A DNA stretch of 63,689 bases, counting the filler, from Hyphochytrium catenoides (taxonomy: Eukaryota; Protista; Hyphochytriomycota): NCBI GenBank assembly GCA_900088475.1. It is 9 parts of 9 records of this genome, joined end to end, with 100 filler letters (N's around TTAATTAATTAA, not from the genome) between each part and the next. Parts side by side here need not be neighbours in the genome. Positions count along the whole stretch, not along the records: positions 12,273 to 23,194 come from FLMG01002050.1; positions 23,295 to 33,964 come from FLMG01001874.1; 7 more parts are not named here. The stretch is one strand, 5' to 3'. Within the stretch, counting starts at the first letter, position 1. Each line of letters begins with the position of its first letter. Positions 13,535 to 24,236 of the stretch are shown one piece after another. Both the position numbers and the translations under genes were made by a program. The notes below the pieces were generated by a model. That model worked only from the letters and a program-made list of their open reading frames with translations. It was not told the origin of the DNA and ran no database searches.

Positions 13535-13872
13535 ATGAGAGGCGGAGGTCTGATGAAGCCTCGACGTCTGTCCAGCGGGCTGTCCAATCTGCTTGGGGTC
13601 CGTGAAGCGTCAATGGCTGACTCAATCAAGGGAATGTAAGCCTCCTTGTTTCGCTGTATAACTTTCTAGTTGACGATCAAGAAGCGCTCTAACTTTGTCT
13701 CTGTCTCTAAAGTTGGGCGTATGTGAAGGAGAAGAAGCTTCAAGATCCATCAAACGGCCGCGTCATCCTTGCTGATCAAAAACTTAAGGAAGCGCTGAAC
13801 CAGGAGAAGATCAAGTTGACAGAGGTTCCAAAGCTTGTAAAGGAGAACTCAGAAGCCATGCCAGGCCCTTGA
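13535..13872 (+). CDS. Stand-alone SWIB/MDM2-domain protein; 2 exons, possibly with an extra upstream exon
   Basis: Exons 13535-13635 and 13713-13872 (GT-AG) give MRGGGLMKPRRLSSGLSNLLGVREASMADSIKGIWAYVKEKKLQDPSNGRVILADQKLKEAL..., which contains the SWIB signature W.Y.K...LQDP...R.I..D..L. Missed by the ORF track. Confidence 0.88.
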
Positions 13873-14021
13873 ACTAGCTTAAGAAGGAGCCAGAGCTCTG
13901 CTTGTCTTATGGGCTAATAAATACTTAGGACATTGCAGGAAGGAGAGGTCTTCTCCGAGCACGTGGAAAGAGAGACAGAAAAGGAGTGTGAGAGAGTGAG
14001 ACACAGAGGAAGAGAAAAAGG

Positions 14022-14055
<34 letters not shown>

Positions 14056-14087
14056 GAGATGGTAGGGTCTCCTTACGCGTTCAATGG

Positions 14088-14714
14088 CTACTTGAGATCT
14101 GCGATCTTGTGCTCGTTGAAAAATGCCCAGAGCTCCTTCTGCACAGCCACAATCCAGCTGTTAGAGGCGGCTGGGAGAAGAAAGGGGACTGTGAAGAGAG
14201 AAAGAAAAGAGAGAGAGAGAGAGGAAAGTAGGGAATAGAGGCTTGAGGATATAGCAGCAGCGCCGCCTGCTAGGGAGAGTCAGGAAGAGAGAGAACTCCC
14301 ATCAGATTCTCTAACCTCAATCGCCTGCATTCCCATCGCAATCCTAAGTAAATCCTCGGGAGTAAACTGCCCCGATGGCGTCCCATCTGCCGCCTCAATG
14401 CCAATGCGGCAGAAGAACTCTCTCCTACTGGGAGAGGCGCCTAATGCGGCCACTACGGCGCGCTGGACGATCCAGGGATGGCGCGAGGAGAGCGTCTCTT
14501 GGTAAGCTTTGGCCGCGCACTTGGACAGCTCCTCAGGCATCTGCACGATGTTGCTCTGGAAAGCCTGTACGAAGTCTACGAACCACATCAGACGTAAGAA
14601 GCACCTGGAAATGTGGGAGGGGAGACAGAGTAAGGAGTCAGACGCTTGGGAGATGGCAAATAGATGAAGAAGTGAGCGAGAGAGAGACACAAAGAAAGAA
14701 GAGGGTTCAAAGAC

Positions 14715-14755
<41 letters not shown>

Positions 14756-15793
14756 GTAATTAGAGCCTCCTGCTGTAGAATATCAGTAGAGGCGAGAAAG
14801 GTAATGATGGAGGGAGGAGATACTGATGGAGAGCAAGGGTGAGTAAGGGACAGCGATAGAATGAGAGAGAGGAAATGGACGAGAGAGAGAGACAAACAAC
14901 GCAAAAGGAAGTTAAGAGAGAGAGAGAGACGGACGGACAGAGAGAGAGAGAGATCGAGGTACGACGGAGAGAAGAAGATGAAAGAAACCTCCCGGCGTCG
15001 CAAAGTAGAGAATCAGTGGAGAGAAAGGCTTAATGAAGGAGAAAATGCTAATGAAAACCGAGGAGTGAGGCGCGATGGAAATGAAGAGAGAGGAAATGAA
15101 CCAGAGAGAAGGCCATTAGATGGCAAAAAGTGAGGGAGGAATAGCAATAAAGAAGAGTTTCGCGTGGGCTCACTAGAGGAGAAGCAAAGGAGAGAAGTGA
15201 AGGAGAGCAGCCACGGAGGAGAATTAGACGCGGAAAGTCAGAAAGAGGAAGTGAACATCGGGGAGAGAAGAGAAAGGAAGAAAAGAGCAAAACGTAAAAG
15301 AGAACGACGGAGGTGAGACTGTCAGAGGATATGGAACGAAGCAGAATGAAAAAGGTGGGTGACAGGGGCGAGAGAAAAGGAGAGGACGGCGGAGAGAGAA
15401 AGAGAAAGAGAGAGAGAGGGAGAGATAGACAGAGAGGGGGAGAGACAGAGGGAGAGAGAGCAAGAGGAAGACAGACAGAGAGACAGACAGAGAGACAGAG
15501 ACAAGGATAAAAGGAGAGAACCTTGCTGCGGACGGGTTGGCTTTAGTTGAGGCTTCAATGTCTCCGTTCTCTTTCTCTCTCAGTATCCAGCGCTGGATGC
15601 TCCATCCTCCCGCGCCCGGGCCCGGGCTGGGCGGCAGCTGCTGCAGCTTCCCTTCCAAGAGGTCGAGATAGCGGTTGACGGAACTGAAGGCGAAGTGCAG
15701 GGCGGAGCCCAGCAGTCCGAAGAGCTTGGTTATCTCTCGGCACAAGCTGATATAGTGCTGCGCCGGCATATCCTGGAAGAGGGAGAGGGAAAG

Positions 15794-15826
<33 letters not shown>

Positions 15827-16624
15827 CACAGAGAGACAGAGAGAGAGAGAAACACAGGGAGAGACAGAGAGGGTAAAAGAGAGAGCGAGACAGACAGACA
15901 GACAGAGAGAGACAGAGACAGAGAGAGTGAGAGGGTTATGTGTGTGTGAGAGAATCAGAGACAGAAAGGGAGAGAGAGAAACGAGTTAACGAGAGTGACA
16001 CTGGAGAAGAGAGAAAACGAGTGTGAAAAGTGGAAAGATTTGATAGCGAGAAAAAAGAGAGAGCGAAGGAGGAGCGAGAAAAGAAGGCAGGAAGGGAGAG
16101 AGGAGGCGGATAGAGAGAATAGGATAGAGAGCAGAAAGAGAGACAGTATGAAAAAAGGAGAGACAGAGACAGAGAGAGAAAGAGACGAAGAGACAGAAAT
16201 AGAAGAGAGAGAGAGAGGGGAACAGACAAACAAATAGACAAAATGAAAGAGCCAGTTGGCATAGAAAGAGAAGAGGCGAGCTGCAGAGGAGACAGACCTT
16301 CAGATCCGCCGTGAGAAGAGACACAAGTTCGTCGAGTCTCTCTGCACGGAAGTCCTCCGTAGACTCAATGTCTCCCACATCCGGACGAAAGTCGCCTTGC
16401 AAGAGCAGAAGAGAGACAGGAAAGAGGGGGTAGAGAGAGAGGGAGAGAAAGTGAGAGAGAGACCCGAAGAGCGAGAGAGAGAGTGAGCGTGGGACAGCCA
16501 GGAGACAGGGAGAGAGATCGGCAAGTGAGGCAACGAGAGAAGAGGTGACCAGATGATCTCGTTCAAGGGCCTTGCCCGCCATCGACAGTAAGCCTTTAAC
16601 CGTTTGTCGGCGAATGTATCTTCA

Positions 16625-16658
<34 letters not shown>

Positions 16659-17211
16659 GCTTTCTCCCTTTCATCTCTCTCTCTGTGTCTCCCTCTCACT
16701 TGCTTTTCTCTCTATTACCTTGCGTGTCTGAGTCCTCGACGTCCTGACTCTTGCCAGTTTCACTGTCACTTTGAGAAACAGCGCAAGGTCGCTTTGCCAG
16801 CGCTGCAACTCTTTTGGGCCGAAGAACAGGAGTAAGCGGCGCGCTGCTCTGGCTCTTAGGAATATTCGCCGCTGGAGAGAAGAAGGCCAAACGAGTTTCA
16901 TCGGCGATGACGAGAGCCACGAACGCCGTGAGAAGAATCCCCGGCTGTGTCGCTTGACAAAGGAACCAGAAGCCATAGTCTACGAAGAAAGATTGCTGCA
17001 CCTCATGAGAGAGCCATCCTTTAGAGAAGAGACTGCAGGCAAGCTCTCGTATAGCTGCCATGCTTCCAAAAGCTAGGAAGTAGATAAGATGATAACCCGA
17101 GAGCTGATCATACTGAACACAAGGAGCGGGATGCTTCGGAGCTCCCTTCTTACGGACCCGCTTACGCCGTAGAGCAGCGTCCCCTCCTACAGGGGTAGAT
17201 GGCGGCTCCAT
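14088..17211 (-). CDS. Glycolipid transfer protein (GLTP) fold, CPTP/ACD11-like, with an N-terminal hydrophobic extension; multi-exon
   Basis: Exons encode YISLCREITKLFGLLGSALHFAFSSV, SAAR|CFLRLMWFVDF, AAKAYQETLSSRHPWIVQRAVVAALGASPSRREF and C-terminal LWAFFNEHKIADLK*. ATG at 17211 is in gccATGG context. Some junctions (16300-16620 and the last intron) are unresolved. Confidence 0.8.
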
Positions 17212-18318
17212 GGCGTCTGTCAGTGTGCCACAATGATGAAGACGAGCGTCAGGAAGGCAAGCATTCGCTATGAAGGCCGTGTCGGCGAGAAGAGAAGAAC
17301 GACGAAGGCGATGATGCAGCTTTTGTGAAGCTGCAATGATCTCCGTTAGACAGCTCCTCAGACTGTACGGAAACCTTTGAAACTTTACTATCATTGAACT
17401 ATTTGCAAATATGGAGTGTATTTTACACAAACTTTATTTTGGAATCAAGGAGCTGAACAAATGTGAAGTTTGCAATATTTGCAGGTGTTTTCGTTATTTC
17501 ACAGGTAAGTTTATTGTCAAATTTGACGCTGGTTGGCGAGGCGACGAGAGACAAAAAAGTTAATTTTCTTGGTCTGTCGGTCTCTGTGTCTCTCTCTCTC
17601 TCTCTCTGTCTCTCTCGCTCGAGCTGCAGATTTCATGAGTGAATCCCATTGCTGTCCTTGCGCACTCTCCTATCCTCTCCTTTCTTTAGCATTAGACGCA
17701 GAAGATCAGGAGGTCTCGGTGCTGGCATCAAGCAGTGCGCAGTGGAGTTGGTCGTTCTCCCTCTCTAGCCTCCTGTCTCTTCTCTCTCACCTTCTCTCGA
17801 GCTCTGTTTCTATTGTCTCTCTCCAAAGAGCTTCACCTAATCTCTGTTCAGTCTCTTTCTCTCCCTGCCGGCAGCCGTATGGCAGAACAGAAACTTCAGT
17901 AGATTCTCTTCCGCGGAAATGATCATTAAACGCTGAGGTGCCAGAAAGAGAGAGACAGAGAGAGAGATTGCCATGGTGGTGCGGAAGAAGAAGAGAGAGG
18001 ATGGNNNNNNNNNNNNNNNNNNNNNNNNNNNNNNNNNNNNNNNNNNNNNNNNNNNNNAGAGAAAAAAAAAAAGAGAGAGTGAGAGAGAAAGAAAAAGAGA
18101 GAGAGAGAGAGAGATGGAAAAAAAAGAAGAGAGAGAGAGAGAAAAGAGAGAGAGAGAGAGAAAAGAAAGAGAGAGAGAGAGAGAACGCAGGGCGATGATC
18201 GGATAAAGATAAATGTAAAAAGAAGAAGAGGGCGGAGGGAAAGGCTGAAAGAGAGACGAAAGAGAAGGAGAGAAACAGAGAAGAGAGAGAAATGCTAACT
18301 CTCTCATATACTTCTCAG

Positions 18319-19130
18319 ACGACGAGATAGCAAAGCTCGAGAGAGAGCTTCAAAGGGGAGAAACAAGCTCGGATCTCTCTTCCAGTCTCTCCTCCTCTGA
18401 CTCCGAAGACGACCAGCAGGACTCCTCATCCTCTACTGACAAAGAAAGAGCCGAGAAGAGAGAGAGAGAAAGAGAGAAGAACGCTATGAAAAAGCCTAAG
18501 AAAGAGACGAAGAAACAGGAAAGCCCGCTCATTCTTCGCTCTCTCGAAGAAGAGAGAATTGTGCCTCTTCCCAAGGAGCTTCTCCCTGCTTCGAACTGCA
18601 AACCTGGCCTCAAACGGGCGCAAAAGACACTGACAGGCCTGCGCGCCGTGGTGCAGGAGACCATTCAAAGCTATGAAGTTGCCGATCATCGGCCTCTCTA
18701 TTGCCGCGTCTGCAAATATCAAGGAAGCTCTGTAGATGATCTGCAGATGCATAGAGCTTCAGAAGAGCATCAGAACAAGGCAGAGATTGAGAGAAAGGCG
18801 ACGTTCTGTCGCGCCTGCAAGAAGCAGTTCACGAGCCCCGCGCAGCTGCAGGAGCATCTCAAGGGAAAGAGCCATAAAGAGACAGTCCAGCGGTTCTTAG
18901 CGTTCAAGAAGAAAGACGGCGGCGGCGGAGGAGGTGGAGGAGAGGGAGAGATGCGCGTCTGCTATGCTTTTAGAAGAGGAAATTGTGGGAAGGGAGAGAG
19001 CTGTCGGTTTGCTCATGTTGCTCCGGAAGAGAGAGGAGAGACGGCGGCTGTCGGCGCGGTGTGCCGCTATTATGCACAAGGAAGCTGTTCCTTCGCGGAC
19101 TCTTGCAAGTTTCGGCACGAAAAGGCGTAG
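18319..19130 (+). CDS. Zinc-finger RNA-binding protein (two U1/matrin-like C2H2 fingers plus two CCCH fingers); last exon, 5' exons uncertain
   Basis: YCRVC..H..SEEH and FCRACKKQFTSPAQLQEHLKGKSH, then CYAFRRGNCGKGESCRFAH and CRYYAQGSCSFADSCKFRH. The frame is open upstream to an AG acceptor at 18317-18318. Confidence 0.85.
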
Positions 19131-19163
19131 AGAAGCCATTTCAAGACTCTTCGCTTGAGATCG

Positions 19164-19194
<31 letters not shown>

Positions 19195-19411
19195 TTCTCT
19201 TCCTCCTGTCTAGTGTTCCTATTCATCTCTCTCTCTCTGTTCTCCTGCCTACACGGCTCTTTCGTCCCTCTCCTTTCCGTCTGTTTCTCAATCTCTCTGC
19301 TTCTTGTGCTTACTAGCTCTCTCTCTCTCCCTCGCTCTCTTCCTTTCTTCTCTATGCTCTTCCTTATCTCTTTCCTTCTACGACTCCTATTTAGCCTGTT
19401 CAAACGGTCAT

Positions 19412-19472
<61 letters not shown>

Positions 19473-19533
19473 GTCTCTCTTCTTGGACTCTCTGTCTCTC
19501 TGAAGAAGTTGTGGGAGAAAACCTTTTAATCTT

Positions 19534-20315
19534 TTAGAGCTTTGACTTAGGCTTCGCGGCGTCGAAGATTGGCCCGAGCTTCATGGCAATGCCCATGTTT
19601 CCCTTCGCCTTCAGCTTGCCTTTCATGAAAGCCTGAGAGAGAGAGAGAGAGAGAGAGAGAAAAATACAAGCGTCACTATGGGGTTCAGCCGGGAGGAGAC
19701 AGAGAGGCAGAGCTGAGGCAACACGATAGTACTGACAACGAAAAGACAGAGAGAAGAGAGAGAGAGAGAGAGACGTCTTCCACGGCAGGGTTTAGAGGAA
19801 AAAAGAACAGAGCAGACGGGAAGGGAAGAGGGACATTGAAAGGCAGGATAGATATCTGCCGGGAAAGCAAGGGCAGAGAGACAGACAGACGGAAAGAGAG
19901 AGAGAGAGAGAGAACTTCCTAGAAGAAAAGTGACAACCAAAATCATCCTTTCCTCTTCATACAAAACGCCAGGCAAAGCCCAAGAAGCGAGCCCCAGAAG
20001 GAAAGAAAAGAAGGTGGCACGAGACGGAGAGAGAGAGAAAAAGAGGAGAGAGAGAGAGAAAAAGAGGAGAGAGAGAGAGAGAGAGAAAATATCCCACCTG
20101 CTGAGGGTTCAGCTTGCCCTGGGAAATTGCTAAGAAATCGTCATCTGCGACGGTGATGGTGAGATCCGCGGGCTTCTTTCCCTTGGAGACACTTCCTGAG
20201 CCATTCTTGAGGTCCAAGGTCCAGGCGCCGCCAGGAGAGATCTCAAAGACAACGACGGCGTTTACTTTCTTTACCAAGCTCGCGCCGTCTGCCTTGATGC
20301 CTTGCTCGATCATCT

Positions 20316-20346
<31 letters not shown>

Positions 20347-21297
20347 GCGTTAGAAGAGAGAGAGAGAGGGGTGAAAAGCCTAACTAGAGACCGGGGAGAG
20401 AGAGGAAAAGCGGGAGAGAAGGAGCCCTTACACTCAAAAATAACAGTCGTTAAGAGAAGGCGTGAGGGTCAGAGAGAGAGAGAGAAAGAGAGAGAGAAAG
20501 CAGAACAGCATGAGGAAGAAGAATGTAGGAACCAATGACACCGTTATGAAGAGAGAGAGAGAGAGAATGTCCATGCCGCTATAAGCTGGGTATGGACATG
20601 CAACGCCAGCGGACAGAAGAAGAGAAGAGAGAGGAAAAGAGAATAAAAGAGAAAGAAAAGAGAGAGAGAGAAAAGGAAAATGAGGCCTCAAATAAGAGAA
20701 AGAGAAAGACGGGAGAGAGAAGAAGAGAAGACCAACTAACTTTGCCGAGACAAGAGAGAGAGAAGGAGAAGTAAGAGAGAGAGAGAAAAGAAAGAGAGGC
20801 GTTGGAGGCTCACGTCAAAGATGGGAGCGGACTTCAGGCTGCTTCCTCCTGCCGCTGCTGGGGCCGCGGCCTTTGGCGCTGCGCCCTGAGACTTCTCGAA
20901 CTGCTTCCGCGCGGCGTCCAAGACAGTCTGAAGCTTCATCGCCAGCGCCATGTTGCCCTTCACCTTGATCTTTCCTTTCATAAACGCCTAGAACAGTGGA
21001 GAGAGAGAGAGAGAAAGAGAGAGAAAGAGAGAGAGAAAAGGGTGTGATAAGGAGGAGAGGAAAGAGAAAGGGACACCGCGCGAACATAGAAAAGTGAAGG
21101 GCGAAGGAGCCAGAGGATAACAACCTTTAAAAGTTCAGGAGCGTGGATTGAAAGGGACAGAGAGAGAGAGAGAGAGGGAGAGAGAGAGAGAGAGAGAGAG
21201 CAGAGAGGCAGAGAGAGGGGGAGAGAGCAGACTCTACCTGCTGAGGGTTCAGCTTCTTCTCGGCGAGGGCGATAAAATCAGGCTCGCTGACCTACAA

Positions 21298-21339
<42 letters not shown>

Positions 21340-22002
21340 AGATGAGAATACGGCGAGTGAGAGACTCGTAGAGAGAGGGAGAGAAAGAAAGAGCAAGGAA
21401 GGGAGGCCTAATGAGAGAGGAAGGGGGTTAAAACGAGAGAGAGAGAGGATTGGAAAGAGAAGAGGATAGAGAGAGAGACAGAGAGGGAGAAAAGAGGGAC
21501 AGAGAGAGAGAGAGAGAGAGAGTTCCTACACTGATAGTGATATCTGCAGGGTCATTCGCTCCTTTCTTCAGTGCGCCGCTTCCATTCTTGAGGTCCAAGT
21601 ACCAGACCGCGACATCCTTCACGTCAAACTAGGAAGAGAGAGAAACGGGTGACTCTTTCTCCTTTTCCTCTTTGCATTCTCTCACAAAGTTTTTTTAGAT
21701 TGTCTCTCTCTCTCTCTCTTTCTTTCTTCTCTCTCTCTCTTCCTTGGCCGCGCCCGTGTAACCTCTGGCTGGGGCTCTCTCTCTGCTATCTTTATCAGTG
21801 TCCAGCCATTTAAGGGTCTTTTCTATGGTGATGTCTCTCCTTCATTGACATCTTTCTCTCTTCTCTCTCTCACTCTCTCTCTCTTCTCTCTCTCTCTCCA
21901 CACACACACCTTGATGGTCCCCTTGACCTTCTGCACAAGCTCTCCGCCCATCTCCTTCACGGCGGCGTCCATCTGCTGGAAAAACTCTTCGGCGGACGGC
22001 AT
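19534..22002 (-). CDS. SCP2: Tandem (2x) SCP2 sterol/acyl-CoA carrier domain protein with peroxisomal PTS1; 6 exons
   Basis: MPSAEEFFQQM...W.LDLKNGSG...ADITI...LNPQQAFMKGKIKVKGNMALAMKL, an Ala-rich linker, then a second copy ...LNPQQAFMKGKLKAKGNMGIAMKL..., ending AAKPKSKL*. Confidence 0.93.
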
Positions 22003-22176
22003 TCTTGCGACAAAATGTTAAGCCGGAACTCTCTCTCTCTCTCCTTTTCTCCCTCTCTCTCTCTCTCTTTCTTTCTTTCTTTTCCTGCTTGGCGGCGCGG
22101 ATGGGATAGCTGGAGATCCGGAAGCTGAGAAATGAGGCTGGATCTTTGAAGAGAGAAGAGCGGGTCAAGAGTTGAG

Positions 22177-22215
<39 letters not shown>

Positions 22216-22243
22216 TGAAGAGAGAGACAAGATACACCTGGAA

Positions 22244-22620
22244 GGACAAACAGGGCTAGCCACGAGATACGAGAGAGAGAGTCAAGAGACATGACAGGAG
22301 AGAGCGACAACGACAGGGAAAGACGAGAGACAGAAGAAAGAGAGAATAGNNNNNNNNNNNNNNNNNNNNNNNNNNNNNNNNNNNNNNNNNNNNNNNNNNN
22401 NNNNNNNNNNNNNNNNNNNNNNNNNNNNNNNNNNNNNNNNNNNNNNNNNNNNNNNNNNNNNNNNNNNNNNNNNNNNNNNNNNNNNNNNNNNNNNNNNNNN
22501 NNNNNNNNNNNNNNNNNGACAAACAGGGCTAGTCACGAGATACTAGAGCGAGAGTCAAGAGACATGACAGGAGAGAGCGATAACGACAGGGAGACGAGAG
22601 ACAGAAGGAAGAGAGAATAG
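22244..22620. repeat. ~105-bp near-identical direct duplication on either side of an N gap
   Basis: gacaaacagggctag...gagagaatag occurs at 22244-22349 and again at 22518-22620 with a few substitutions and indels. Confidence 0.8.
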
Positions 22621-22630
22621 AGAGCGAGAA

Positions 22631-22682
<52 letters not shown>

Positions 22683-22846
22683 TTTTTGCTCATACTAGCG
22701 ACGTGAGACTACTATTTATGAGTAGAGGTATTAGATATGGAAATCTATACTTCAAGATATTACTACGAGAGAATCCTCGTTGACTTTATCCTAGATTCCG
22801 ACGTGACCGAGGGAGAGAATTGAACAGACACCTCCAGAAAAGCGAA

Positions 22847-22891
<45 letters not shown>

Positions 22892-23194
22892 GAGAGAGAG
22901 AGGGAGGGAGAGAGAGAGAGGAGAAACGAAGAAGAGAGAGATGGGCGGTTGGAGAGAGAGGAGAGAGAGAGAGTGACAGAGAGTGACAGAGAGAAAGAGA
23001 GCGAGCCTAGGGAGAGACAGCGAGACAGAGAGAAAGAGAGAGAGAAAGAGAGCGAGAGAGAGAGACGACTTCCCAAGCAGCAGGTGAGTGACTCTAGTGA
23101 CTCGCTTGAAGGCCGACTCACGGGCAGACATTCTCTTCAGAGTGACTCCGACGGGTAGTTCTAGTACAGGAGAGACCAGAGTGAGAGAGAGAGA

Positions 23195-23294
23195 NNNNNN
23201 NNNNNNNNNNNNNNNNNNNNNNNNNNNNNNNNNNNNNNTTAATTAATTAANNNNNNNNNNNNNNNNNNNNNNNNNNNNNNNNNNNNNNNNNNNN
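23195..23294. other. Artificial scaffold-joining spacer
   Basis: 44N-TTAATTAATTAA-44N. Confidence 0.97.
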
Positions 23295-24236
23295 TGTTTG
23301 TTGAATATTTAATGCCAATTTTCCTATCTCAATAAAATATTCTATTGAAATGTCACGTCCACCTCCTCAAACATTGACCACTAAAGAATCTGATGACACG
23401 TTACCCAATCGCTGGCCACCCTTTATAGGGAATAAGATACTAAGGATTATCTACTACTGATCACCATTTTTCTTAGCCCTCTAGATTTATTTATAGCTGG
23501 TATTAACCTAGGGAAGTGGACCCAGGCTGTCCCGAGATAGTCGCCTGATAGAGTCTCATCCGTTTCAAAGCATCAATCACCCGTTCGATGCTGGGAGTAC
23601 GAGAGAGAGAGATAAGGGGAGAGACAGCAGAGAGAGACAGAAAGAGAGAGAGGGAAAGATTCAGGCATAGAGAGAAAGAAGAGGAGAGAGAGAGAGAGAA
23701 CAAAGGTGGAGAGAGCGAAAGGAAGAGCAAAGAGGGAAAGAGAGAGGAGACAGGACGAAGTAAATGTACGCAGAGGAGACTGATGCTTATTAGAAACTTC
23801 ATTCGAATCACCTTTGGCCGCATCAGAGAGAGAGCTACAGCGGGCAGGAGGACGTAAGATGAGGGAAGGCAATCGCAGGGAGAGTTGTGCGAGATGCCAT
23901 CTCCACAGAGGGCCAGGGGCCACACTGGGTGAATGCTAACTCTACACAGGTGATAGTGAGATAGCTAATAGTGAGAAGGGTATTTGTGAGACTATACTTC
24001 TCCTAGACCGCGCCCTCCGATGAGCCGGCCTATAAGCTAGGAGAGCGGCCTCTGGCTTCACTAAAGCTTCAAACTGCTTATGTCTCCAAGTAGTAGCTAG
24101 TTAGCTATATTCAAACTGGACAAAAGCTTCTCTCGGAGGAGAGACTGAAAGAGATAGGAAGAACAGGCAGGTGGAAAGAATAAAAGAGGCAAGAGTCCGA
24201 GCAGAACGCCCTGCCTTCGACTGATAGCAGCTAGAG

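Noticed and set aside
23503-23925. 140-aa minus-strand ORF
   Set aside because: No ATG start, a microsatellite core and no recognisable motif.
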